Below, one piece after another: positions 50,213-62,507 of a DNA stretch of 64,000 nucleotides. A model generated the notes under the pieces. It was not told where the DNA came from. It made no database searches and saw nothing but the letters and a program-made list of their open reading frames with translations. Position numbers and translations under genes: made by a program. Position 1 is the stretch's first letter; each line of letters begins with the position of its first letter. Source of the DNA: Oikopleura dioica (taxonomy: Eukaryota > Animalia > Chordata); assembly GCA_907165135.1 (NCBI GenBank), contig OU015569.1, forward strand, positions 3,224,001-3,288,000, read 5' to 3'.

Positions 50213-51163
50213 CTAAGATTTTTAAATTTATTATCCAAGAAGGTCCACTGATATGGCATTTTCTCTTTTTAAAATCAATCATTATTCAAAGCAATCATGA
50301 AAACCTCGAGAATCACTAGAAACTTTTCTGGTCGAGCAAGAAAAATCCCAGGTTCAATTTCCTCATGAAATGCGGTGACCTGGGTTTGCCAAACCCAGGT
50401 TCTCAGGAGTGGCTGACCTGGGATTTTCGAAACCCGGCTTCTCGAATTCTGCAACCTTGGACTAGTACCATCCAGGTTAGGCACTTTTGAGAACCTGGGT
50501 TTGTTAATCCAGGTGACCGCCTGCAACCAGAAAAATTTTTACATTTTTAAAATTTTGATTATATTTTTGGATTCCTTAATAAAAAATGAACATTTTTGTT
50601 ATCCAGCTTTTTCGGCATTGACTTACTTTTTAAACAAAATTTTCGATTTTCTGTCTAGAATTCGAGATTTCACAAAATTTTAAAATTGGTGATTTCACTC
50701 AAGAACAATCTGTATCTAATTTATATTTTTAAGATAGGGTTTTTAATGATTTCTTTATCATTATGAGTAAAAATTCCGAGTCTCCACGACCTTGGTAAAA
50801 TTCTATTTGAGAAATGAGCAAAAATGAAGATCGGAAAATCGTATTATTTTAAGTAACAGAAAAAATTTTTCAAGAAAAGCTTTCCTTTTTAATTGTCGCC
50901 GGTGTATTCATAAGGTTTTGAACTTACTATTTATTGTATTTGATGGAGAAGAAAAGATTCCGTTATCGAGATTTTTTGATTACGAGATACTCCCACTTTT
51001 ACCTAAATTTTTGAAAATCTTTTCGAAAAAATTTTTCTTGAATTCGCCGCTGTATTTTTCAGACCCTTTTCTTATCACCTGATAAGTCAGAATTTGCCTA
51101 TCTAGGCAGAGTCTTCCGCACTTTTGGTTACAAAATCCCGATTCTCGTCGACCCTCTCCTTAA

Positions 51164-51915
51164 CGGTAAAACATGAAATCGGCGCGGCGCGGCTGCCCGT
51201 TCAGCGCCCCGCCGTGACCTATTTTTCAGAGGCCCGTCAAATCTGAACGGAAAGAGTATTTTCATAATTCTTTTTGCCTTATAATCATCAAAGCCTGCAC
51301 TTTCATGAGGACAATTTTGAAAAGAATTTTGAGCGTAGAAGTATGAAAAAATGGGATGACTTGGTCAAAGTCTATCTCCTCCCACAATTCTCGTGTGATT
51401 TTTCCAAATTAGAACCATTTTGTAGAGCTCCGTCTACTCTACAATTTCGTAGAGTAACTTTTTAAATTTTAATTTTATAGATTTTAAGACGGAGCTTGGA
51501 AATGAGCGCTCCCTCGAAAAACGACATTAACAGGAGCGTAGCGTGTGAAAAAGGCGGCCGCGGAGTGAGAGCTATCATTTCAACGCTCCGTCGAAAAATC
51601 TATAAAATAAATATTTAAAAAGTTACTCTACGAAATTGTAGAGTAGACGGAGCTCTACAAAATGGTTCTAATTTGGAAAAATCACACGAGAGTTGTGGGA
51701 GGAGATAGACTTTGACCTAGTCATCCCATTTTTCATACTTCTGCGCTTACAATTCTTTTCAAAATTGTCCTCATGAAAGTGCAGGCTTTGATGATTATAA
51801 GGCAAAAGAATTATGAAAAATACTCTTTCCGTTCAGATTTGACGGGCGTCTGAAAAATAGGTCACGGCGGGGCGCTGAACGGGCAGCCGCGCCGCGCCGA
51901 CTTCATGTTTTACCC
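51164..51915. mobile_element. 752-bp palindromic TTAA element (Kolobok-like), copy B
   Basis: TTAA|CGGTAAAACATGAAATCGGCGCGG...CCGCGCCGACTTCATGTTTTACCC|TTAA, with long inverted arms. Confidence 0.88.
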
Positions 51916-51919
51916 TTAA

Positions 51920-52433
51920 GGGTACCTAGGTCGAGTTTGGGTACCCCCTTAAACCATTTTCTCGCCAAAGAATCGAATTCTTCAAGTTCTGAGGAAATAA
52001 AAAACTCTATAATGACCCTATAGCTATCTAAACGTTTTCACGGTGAAAACTAACTATAAAGTATAAAATCTACAGGAAATGCTAGCGCCTCAAATATGGA
52101 CGAAAAATTTTTCTCTCCGATTATGCTGATTAAGTGCTAAAATGAAAGCTTATGGCCTGGTTAACATCGTAATGAAGCTTAAAATTGCCCCAGATAATTA
52201 ATTTCAGATCAAAATCAGAGAAAATGGAAGCTTACCAAGCAAAAATACGAAATTCGTGAAGACTAGACCAAACTTTTGAAAATTTTCTTAAGAAAATTTT
52301 TGAATTTCATCAAAAGCTACTGACAAAAGTGAGATCTAGGTTGAATCCTTCAAAAGGCTATTGTACGCATTTTTAGCCCTTCCAGGTTCCTCAGAATAAA
52401 CCCTTAAAGTCGGCGATCTCGACCCAGGTACCC
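51920..52433. mobile_element. 514-bp TTAA element (Kolobok-like), copy C, sharing its left TTAA with copy B
   Basis: TTAA|GGGTACCTAGGTCGAG...CTCGACCCAGGTACCC|TTAA, a 16-bp TIR with 1 mismatch. Confidence 0.8.
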
Positions 52434-52849
52434 TTAAGGCTCTCTCTCTGCTATTCGAAAAATGGGCTCATTTTTGAAAAATGAGCTTGACTTTTACATG
52501 CTTTATCACCTTATATTTACGGTGGATAAGGTGCCGTATATTGATATGTGCACAGTTTAAAGACTGACAAACAAAAATTGAGTGGTACTAAGGGGTGTAG
52601 CTAAGATAGTTTGGCTAACTTTTTTGTCTGGTATCCCGTTAAATAAGTCATAGACATCAGCTCACATATAAATATGTGCATAGATAAAACGTCTTTCTTT
52701 AGAATTTTAAGTTCGAATTTTGAACAAAATAAAAGGCACCCTTGATCTTGATTTCTCAAAATTCTGGTCCGCGTGAAGCCTATTTGGTTTCGATTGGGGG
52801 TGAGTTAAAAAAACAAAGCTAATGGATAATAGCAGCAAAATTGATCCCT

Positions 52850-54160
52850 TCAGTTGCCGCGCCAAAATTTCATCCAATCGCTAGCAAGGTTGCGTTTGAG
52901 GACTTCCCACGGGGAAGATCGAAGTGCATTTTTATAAACAAGAGCGCAAAAGAAAACCCCTTTTTAAGACTCTTAACTGGCCAAGACAAAGGTAACAGCT
53001 CTGAACAAATGGAGAGAAAACGATAAGACATTGAAGAGTTCAATCTCTAAAAGCGGCACACTATCTATCGAGACTATAAAAAATGTTGCCAAAACCAAAA
53101 AAAGAATTTATTCACGAAATGAAGAAATCTTTGTTTCTAAATAGAAACGAGAAGGAAAGTCTTAAAAACACAAATTGTTTTTGTGACGATATCTAAGCTA
53201 TAAATTTTTATTTTTATAAAAGACTCAAAATTAGGAAAATCAAACCTCGAAGATTTCTGTGGAACATACACCGCGCAGAGCTACTATTTTTACTGAGGGT
53301 GGATTATGGAAAAACGGAATAACCAAACACAAGGAGGAGCTTTTTGACGAAAGAAACCTTGATATCCAGTCAAAAGTATGCTTTAAATTGTTAAATTTTG
53401 AGCTTTTTAAATTAATCTTACTGTAGGATCAGTAAGAATCATAGGCTATGATTCATAGCCCTTTAGTCTTTATTTTTATCATTTATATCTTGACTGTTAG
53501 AAAGGTAAATTTCGAAATAAAGACTCGTCGATTTCCCCTGTCTTGAAAAAACCCTAAGGATCCCTTAATGTAACTTGTGATCAGTCACGTGAATAATTCT
53601 ACTGCTTTTACACCAAGTAAGCAAGTCATGATGAGTGATGAGGTTTATTCAATGGAATTGGTGATGGTGTATGCCTGCGGCTAGAGCACCAAGCTGCATG
53701 GATAATGCAGAATCCGATAGTTTCACAACCTTGATTTCATCCTTTTTTCGAAATAAGCGAGACTATAAAGATTTTTCGTATAATTAATTATTTCGTTGAA
53801 AAAAATATACTTGAATATAGCACATTTTTCGATTTAATCGATGAAACAAGAGTCACCACAAAGAATTAAGAATGCGATTGACAAACTCAAAGCCAAGGTA
53901 GAAACTTTGACCGTGATTCAGGGCTGCTTGAATTCACGAATGAAATATTATGTGAATCATAAACAAAAACTGTGTTCTTCGAAATGCAATTACATCTGAA
54001 AAAAGCATTTTTTCTTTCAGGCTGCTTCGCTTCCTAGGACGTCTATGCTTGTCAGCCCGAGCCCGACAAAAGCGCAGAAAGCAGCGATAGAGAAGAGATT
54101 GACCTCGATTGATAATCTAGTCGATCAGTTTAGACGAGGAAGCCCCTTCAGCAGTAAAAC
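52850..54160 (+). CDS. Probable multi-exon hypothetical gene (boundaries uncertain)
   Basis: Exon-like blocks with GT donors, e.g. ISVEHTPRRATIFTEGGLWKNG...IQSK| and AASLPRTSMLVSPSP...PFSSK|. Confidence 0.35.
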
Positions 54161-54698
54161 GTAAGTTGAACTGGACAATTCTCAAATAAGAAAGTAGAAA
54201 TGAGACTTCACTATGTTGAATATGTAAGTCTTGATATATTTTTAAAGTCAAAGTCAGCTTTATAGACTCTTAATCATTAAATTTGATTTTTTCATTAAAA
54301 GCGATCAAGATTGATGCCCTCGACTTTTCCATCAAAATTCATTCGGAAGAGAAAATCTCTTTGAAATTGTTATGAGAGCGGCTTTGCTAGGAAGTGTTAT
54401 GTCTAAGCGGACCTCTTTGTTTCTGTGATTTATTTCTTTGTCAAATAGACCCATCCTAGTCCGAATAGAAAACTCGACTTTCGGAAGAAAATCAAAAGGA
54501 AAATGATCAATCTAAACAAGAATCGAGAATAAAATGAATATTGATACTCTTACTTTACCAACAAGGAATGGTCGCGGAAAATTTTTGTTTCTATAATGCG
54601 AGCTTCGTGAATATAATTTTAAACATAATGTCTCTTGATTAAAATTTAATCGTAAAAAGAAAATTAATTCTGTCATAATCTAAATCAATCTTGCTTAA

Positions 54699-55194
54699 GG
54701 ACCCCTCCGTCATGTGATAATGACTTTTTCAAACACGGATATCAGGTTGATCCCCTTATGATTTTGAAATATTTTTTGATAAGTCTGTAGCTCGATAGTT
54801 GCTCTAGGGCACCAGATGGAAAAGAAGCTCATAGGCCTCTTAAGGGTGTCGCAACGATAAGTTAAAGTGAAAATATTTTTCAAACATAGATATCATTATG
54901 ATCACCTTAATTGATCAAAATATATTTATATTGAAAATTTAGCTGAGACCCTTGTCGAGGGCACCGTATCAAGTGTATGGTGATATCTTAAGGGTTTCAC
55001 TAAGAAAAAAGGGTTTGAAGATTGGTAATCGACCGAAAAATGGGCAAATTTAGCTAAAAAGCCCGAAAATCAAGATTTTCAAAGTCGATTTTGAGGGTCA
55101 AGGAGTCGAATTAGATTTTTACGACAATAGAGAGAAATGATCCTCGGAACTCAAAGAATCGATTTCCGAAAATCGTCAAACATGACGGGGGTCC
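54699..55194. mobile_element. 496-bp TTAA element (Kolobok-like), copy E
   Basis: TTAA|GGACCCCTCCGTCATG...CATGACGGGGGTCC|TTAA. Confidence 0.75.
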
Positions 55195-58100
55195 TTAAAA
55201 TGCACATTCTCGTATTAATAAGACATGCTGTTGATTTATCGTGACAGAATAAATTTCTAATTAAGAATACTCTGCAAGATTCTGTGTGGTCATGTGAATA
55301 AGTTTATACTCGGGGCGCTTATGAGAGCGGTTTGATTATTTCTATTTTAATTTATAACTCGAAAAAGAGAAAATGCGGTAGTGAGATTTGACTAATTTTG
55401 TCTTTGTAAATTTTTAACAAGGAAGAAGATTTGATATTTGCATTCTAATGCAAAGAACTGCATACTGACACAGTAGATAAATCAGGCGCTATCAAATAAT
55501 GTTCAGCATTTCTCACTGCTTCGTAATCATTTATAAATCATCATCTTTAGTCTGATCACAGCGCACATAATAAGCGAGAGATAATAAAACTCATCGTGTT
55601 TGAGAACAAGGCCCGTGGCAATCAAATATAGAATTTTAAGCGTTCGCGTTGTACCCATATTTATGCAGAGAATGGGCGAAGAGGCATTTTTTCCAGCCCA
55701 GGGAAGAGAGCTTCAACGAAGGGATGCAATTTTCTTTCACCTGCCGGAACAGACGGAAAGGTTTGATAGAAATCTGCACTTTACTCTTTACTCTTTTTAA
55801 ATACCATTATGATTTTCTCAAGATATTTTTCCGCAAGCTCATTCTTAAATTGTTTTTTGCGCGCACAGCGATTAATAAATATAATAGTACGCTCTTTTGA
55901 AAGATCTCTTGTTTCTTAAGTGCGATTTATGACTTTTTTCGACAATTCTTAAGAGTTTACACGCGAAGTAGCGATTGAATTTTATTCGTTTTTATTGGAA
56001 TTGCTCACAAAATTTAAAAAAGGCAACAGCTTCCAATTGTGCGCAATTAATTGTCTATTGATAAAAATCGCTCGAAATTGCTAGGAAACGCGGAAAAACT
56101 CCTTTAGTTCTAAAGGGCCTTTCTTTGTCTTCCATATTTTTAATGCTAGGAATCTAAACAACAATGACACACTTTTTATTTGCAAAGAACTGCTTTAGTC
56201 TTCTTGAATTTTTTCGAGATTTTCCTTTAAACTAATGGTACGCCCATTTGGTTATGTCGCGAGGTAGATATTTTTCTTCAATTGAACTCGTTAAGGATAA
56301 TAAATCTCCTTTGAACTTACTTTCAACTTCGCCCTCGCTAATTGACCCTGAGCAAACAGAGGAACAACCTTTTTTCTTCTGCTACTTTTTTTTATAAACC
56401 TCAAAATGACAGTGGTAGAGAGGTTGAAAAGTCTTGAAATTATAATATTACCTTTTCCGCCATGGGACGGCAGTGTGAGGTATTTGCTAGTCATTAATAA
56501 GAATTTGCATGTGATGAACCCTAAGCGTGTGCAAAGCCGCATCTTATTGCTTTATCTTCCTTTTTTGTAACTTGCAAAAATATCCACTAAAGCAAAATTG
56601 CATGAGTCGTCTTTTAAAGAGAAGAGCCTCAGAAGACGAAAAAAACAAAAAGTATGATTCAAGCTATTTTTATCGCGGCGCGATTGGATGCGCGGAGAAC
56701 GTCCGTACTCGAATTTCGATAAGTTTTCGACAGTAATGTTACGCATCTATTTCAGAAACTCCGTAATAGATGGTTATTCTTTTTCAAGATCGTCTGATCT
56801 TTTAATCATCCTTTTCTTTGCAAGACAAATTACTTTTCAAAATGAAAAGAAATCAATCTAATATCTTCTTCTTAGAAAATCTTCTCAATCGAATGAACTG
56901 AGTGCAAGCTCTGAGAAACTCCCTGGAAGTATCGAAGACCTGGAGCCTGCACAGAACTTGATACATATCACTCAACAGTAAGTTAAATATACCCATCCAT
57001 TGCTCATCTAAATTTTACGGTGTCCCAAACTGGTTTACGAGTCTTTTTTGAGTAAGATATCTTTGCGAGTCTTTTTAAAGCCTAGTGCACTCTTTAAATA
57101 GTGATCAGGTGACAATCCAGCATCGAGAAAATTTGTCTGAGACGATTTGTCACTTTCCAAATATTGAACTATTGACTTTCATAGCGTTTTTATTTATAAA
57201 ACACAAGCCATTTCAAACAATTAAAAAGTGAAATGATGGAAATACTGCAGAGAACCTATTCTGGGTAGGTTAAAAGAGTTTATTAATTAACTGGACTTCA
57301 CTTATGTCTGAGCTGCTCTTTCTATTAATTATTCTTACACTGAAGTCTTTCATTAGATATGAAAGAAGAATTCAATTGGTTCAGAGACATTCTCTCTTTT
57401 ATCAAGGTACTATGTGAGAACGACACAGTTGAATTTTTGAGATTGTAGAGGCCCCTACTTCATAGAATATGAATCGCTTGAAAATTGCGAAAAAGAAAAA
57501 TCTGAAAAGTAGAGACAGGCTCAAGAGCAATTCCTGCCACAATCTAGTATCTAGGTTATCTTAAGAGAAATTTAGTTTTTCAAATATAATAATAATTTCA
57601 GGGAGCAAAATGAGAAACAAAAGGAAGAGGAAAATATAAACTACAAAATACGAAAACTTGATGAGGAAATATCAATTCAAAAATCAAACGCGAAGAAGTA
57701 AAAGCAGCATTTTTTCGCTCAATCCTCGACCTGACCAGAAAAAACGCGTTGAAGCAAGCTATGAGAAGCAAAAACAGAAGATAAATGACAATATACAAAA
57801 ATTAGATAGACGCAAGCAAAAACTTGGTAAGCTTATTCACAAATTTGAGTTCTTGTTTAATACTTCTTTTAAAAATAAATAAGTTAACTTCGCAAAACAC
57901 TTGGTCCAATCATTTGACCAGCGCGATTTTGGCCGCCTGTAATTCTCGTTGTAGTAATCTGTTTGATCTAGATATTTTTTGTGAGCTAAGAAGACGTTAA
58001 CGAACCTCTTTGTGAGTTTTCGAATGCAGACTCAAAAGTAGTGGTGTTTTGTATCAGATTTGTCTTACGCTCTATGGTGGAAAATCAGTTCGATTTCTTT

Positions 58101-58494
58101 GGTAATAGTTAAATAATTAACTATTAAAGGAGAAAGTTAAAGCTTTCTACCAATTTATTTAGAAGCTTTTTTACTTTACAGAAACGTCAGTTAGAGCAAA
58201 AAGTCCTAAGCGCTATTTTTCACAGTTTAAATTTTGCGCGCCGCGCGGGCTGGATAATGCATTGTGGCCCAATAATTGGACCCCGTGTTTTGAGCGCTTA
58301 GTCGCGCGTCCGTGTATTGAGAAGTGAAGATGTAAATAATACATTTAATTTTGAATATTCTTTCTAGAAAACAATACTACAAGAGTCTGAAACACTAACA
58401 AATAAATTAAGAAGGAAAATTAAAGACCCATTCTTGCTCTGAAAGCGACCTTCGCCAAATTGTTCGTAGCGCGGATTCAATTCGAAACAATGAC

Positions 58495-60741
58495 ATGAAT
58501 AGTAATTCAACCGACACAATTATGCGAGACGAGCACAGCGAACCGGGCCCGATGACAGTCAATTTCTTACCGAGCAAGAAGAGCAGCTCACAGAGTCTGA
58601 TCTCGATGGAGACTCGCAGTCTTGAAGAATCAGAAAACGGAGAAATCAAAGCGTCAAATGAGATATTGACAGAACTAAAACTGCAGAAAGAACTCTACGA
58701 ATCTGGTCTCAAAATGATTAATACGGCAATTGCTGACTTTGAAACGAAAAAGGTACGTTTTTGTTCTTAAAGACCTTTTCCGGGGTTTTCCACGAAAAAG
58801 CCCCAGTGCGTACCGAAATTCACTGAGACGTAGATTATCGGGTGCCCTTCTTTTAAAGATATGAAAAAATGGAAATATCTAACTTGGTATCATTACCCCT
58901 AGAGTTTAGGGTAAAAATTCTTCCAGCCCTTCTTAGAGCTCGTAAAAAGTATTAATAGACTCAAATTACTAGAATGAAAGATTTATCCTAGATTCTACCA
59001 TTTACAAAGCTTTTTTTAGAAATTTCTAATGATGCCACGTAATGATGCCACATTTCTAATGTTGCCACATGACTGGTTCTCATAATTGGTATATTGATAG
59101 AAATCGGTGATATTTACGGCGAAATTTCTCAGATACAGTCATTTCTCAAGTTTGTTAACAGGAATAGACGGGCGGTCGCTAAGCCTGCCTTTCTTGGTTT
59201 TGTAAAGTGGAGCTTCGCACCCCTGTTAAAAACTTTGGTCTTCCAAAAATAGATAGGGCGCCGACCACTAAGAAACATGAGTGGAAATCGGTGAAAAAAT
59301 AGTAAAAATCATGACTACTTAAGGGTAGAACATGACATCGGCGCGCGGCGCCTCGCTCGCCCAGCGCCCCGCCGTGCCCTACTTTTCAGAATGCCCTAAA
59401 GTCGGAACGGATAAAACTTTTCAAAAATTTTTCGGATTTCAGATTATCAAAGCCTTTACTTTTCACAGATCAAAAATGAGCAGAATAAGCAAAGAATAAG
59501 TTGGAGAAAATGACATGAGTTGGTTAAACTCTATCTCCTCTCGCAATTCTTATCCGATTTTTTCAAATTTAGATAGGTCGAAAGTGCTCCGTTAGACCTA
59601 AAATTTCGTAGTCTCAGAATTAATTTTGAACCTCCCTTAAGTTCCACACGGCTTCTCAAAACAAGTGCTCTCACGCCGCGCCGCTTCTTCTCTCTCGCTG
59701 CGCGCCTCACGACGGTGCAGCTCTCATTTCAAAAGCTCATATAAAATTCCATAAAGCTTCAAAATTTATTCTGAGACTACGAAATTTTAGGTCTAACGGA
59801 GCACTTTCGACCTATCTAAATTTGAAAAAATCGGATAAGAATTGCAAGAGGAGATAGAGTTTAACCAACTCATGTCATTTTCTCCAACTTATTCTTTGAC
59901 GATTCTGCTCATTTTTGATCTGTGAAAAGTAAAGGCTTTGATAATCTGAAATCCGAAAAAATTTTGAAAAGCTTTATCCGTTCCGACTTTAGGGCATTCT
60001 GAAAAGTAGGGCACGGCGGGGCGCTGGGCGAGCGAGGCGCCGCGCGCCGATTTCATGTTCTACCCTTAAACCTGGGGAAAGGGATTCCTCAAGAATAAAT
60101 TTTTATACTTTCTCTCAGAGTGAGTTGGACGGTGAAATACGAAATCTTCATTCAGAAGTTTTCAAGAGTCAGAAAATTATTGAGCAGACAGAATTTGACA
60201 ATGCGGAACGGTGAGAGAACAAAGCTAATAACAGGTTTTACAATTAAATCCTAGGCTGAAACAAATTATGAACGAGATTCACGACGATTCAGATCTTCAG
60301 AAGATGGAACACTCAAGATTACAAAATGATTTGGATCAAGTAAGAATCATATTGAGGCTTTTACTCCCTAGTTAACCCTTCATTAAGTGCAATTACCGAA
60401 GTAATGAACGAAACAACGATCTCATAGAGCGACTAGAGAAGATGCAAGATCGAATCGAAGCTCTAGAAATTAAGCAGCGGAAGGTGGAAACCTCGAATCA
60501 AAGACCGATTTTGCCCGGACCACTTGAAAAAGGTGATAAATTATTTTTCTCTCGGTTTCTATGCGTAATTTAAGCTCTTGAATTGCTTATGCCCATCTTT
60601 GCATTCTTTCTCTTCTACTATAATCGTTTGGTACGCGGCGACAAAGACTCTTCATTTTGGCTCTTTGGATTATCTGGAGTAGCGATATCTGTCATCGTTC
60701 TCCGATATTTGACGCAGCGCGCATCAACATTAACTGACTAA
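58495..60741 (+). CDS. Coiled-coil protein with C-terminal hydrophobic (1-2 TM) tail, 5 exons; intron 1 holds element D
   Basis: Exons join in phase: MNSNSTD...FETKK|SELDGEIR...|LKQIMNE...|CNYRSNE...LEK|ALELLMPIFAFFLFYY...FWLFGLSGVAISVIVLRY...TD*. Confidence 0.65.
59323..60065. mobile_element. 743-bp palindromic TTAA element (Kolobok-like), copy D, intronic
   Basis: TTAA|GGGTAGAACATGACATCGGCGCGCGG...CCGCGCGCCGATTTCATGTTCTACCC|TTAA, with near-perfect long arms. Confidence 0.9.
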
Positions 60742-61737
60742 AATTCTTCATCGTCTACCGATTTTTACTTTTTGACGCCATCTAACATCAACAAGAAAAG
60801 ATAATCATAGTTTGAAAGAAGCTACCTCTTATTCTGTACTATCAAAACATTTCAAATACACTTCAAGTGAATAAAGTAGGGTTTTTCTTTCATTTTTCAG
60901 ACAAATGGACTAAAAAATCAACATTTGGTTTGTTGGCTTCTTCTTGATGTTTTAAGAAATAATTTTCCTGAAAAAATTTGTTTATTTACTTTAAGAAATG
61001 AAAAAGCAGACACTGAACGCATTTTTTTTGAAGAATCGAATTGAGAAGAGCCGTGTTAAGGTCGAATAAATAACCCATTTTGGTCCTTCTATGTAGGAGA
61101 ATAAAAAACAAGAATAAATTGGAGCTAAGTATTAGAATTCATAGAAAGATCAATCTCATCCATACCGTACTGGTTACATGTAAGAGAGAAAAGATTTAAT
61201 ATTTCTGGACTTGAACTGAAGAAGTCTTTTGAACTTTAAACATTGAACTTAGTAGAGGAAGGAACTTATAATGGGAGTCTGGTATGTAAGGTCAAATTTA
61301 ACTTTAGATTACTCTTGCAGAAACTTAGGGCTTTTGTTAAGCTGAAATGAATTATAACTTTGGTGAGTTTGTAAACAATTAAGCAGCATATTTTCACATT
61401 AAAAGACATGTTTTTACGTAAGCAGGGCTGTCGAAAACGCCCATGAATAATATGATCTCGAGAATAGGCAAATGCTTCAGATTGCATTAGTTCATTGTCA
61501 TTTACCTCTCAATAAAACTTGAGTTATTTGGGTACAACGTTGAGGATATTATTTTTTCCAGAAGCTACATGTTTCCGGATTATATTGCGATAAGTTTTAC
61601 ATGTCACAACATTTCAGGGAAATTCGGGAGAGGTTGGGGACTGAGAGAGGGTAATTGGGTAAAAATATAGCTTTGAATAGGGTCTGAGAAAGACACAGGG
61701 GCAAGATAGGTTGAATAATTTCTTATTTTGTCAGGAG

Positions 61738-62507
61738 TTAAAAGCGATTAGCCTGGAACGTGCGCTGAGCCGGAAGAAAAGAAGCAGCAATGGCAGTGCG
61801 CTGCTCGTAAGCAGGATGACCGTGCGCCGCAACAGGCAATACGCGCCCGTACGACAACCGTCGGTCCATCTGAGCGATAGTGTGGTTCTCTGAATACTCA
61901 TCTGATAAATTTGATCAAGAGTATAACGCTTTCGTTACCTTGTGCGCGCATTTGTCCACGAGTCTGACAAACGTAAGTCGAGATAGTCCGCCGCACAAGA
62001 GACTCGTTTGCTTTCTCCGGGTAAAAACGACGTGATTCCGCAAGTATCATGTCAAGTTTTTTCTCGTCAAGCAAGCCGATGCCGCCTCTACTTACTTCTT
62101 CCATTGAAAAGAATACCTACGAGGAATGTTATCTAGTTCTGAAAGAAGAAAACTTTTTAAAGCTAGCTTATTCTAAAAGCTTTTATAGCCTCATAGGAGT
62201 CCAGCAAGAAGCTAAGTAAAAGAATAAACTTCTACTCCTATCATGGTGCATTAATAACTGAATATGTAACCTTGCAAGCGCGGCGTATAAAGCTGGTTAC
62301 AGAGAGCTGGCCTGTCTCGGCTTCTCTGCGCAAATGATCCAGGCGAGATTGGGCGGCATGGGAGAGCTCAATAGAAAAAGCAGCTGAGCTTTGCTGAGCT
62401 TGAACAACAGCATTGGCGGCGTTTTGAGCGGCGGCAGTAGCTGCACAGTACCCTGGCGTTGACACTTGGTATCCTCCACCATGCTCCCCTGTGTAAATCA
62501 CCTCTAC
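61738..62507 (-). CDS. BEN-domain protein, 3' exons (5' exons unresolved)
   Basis: SVTSFIRRACK|VFFSMEEVSRGGIGLLDEKKLDMILAESRRFYPEKANESLVRRTISTYVCQTR fits the BEN-domain pattern. The last exon ends FQANRF*. Confidence 0.65.

Noticed and set aside
47561-60069. piggyBac assignment for the TTAA elements
   Set aside because: The termini read GG...CC rather than CCC...GGG, which fits Kolobok.
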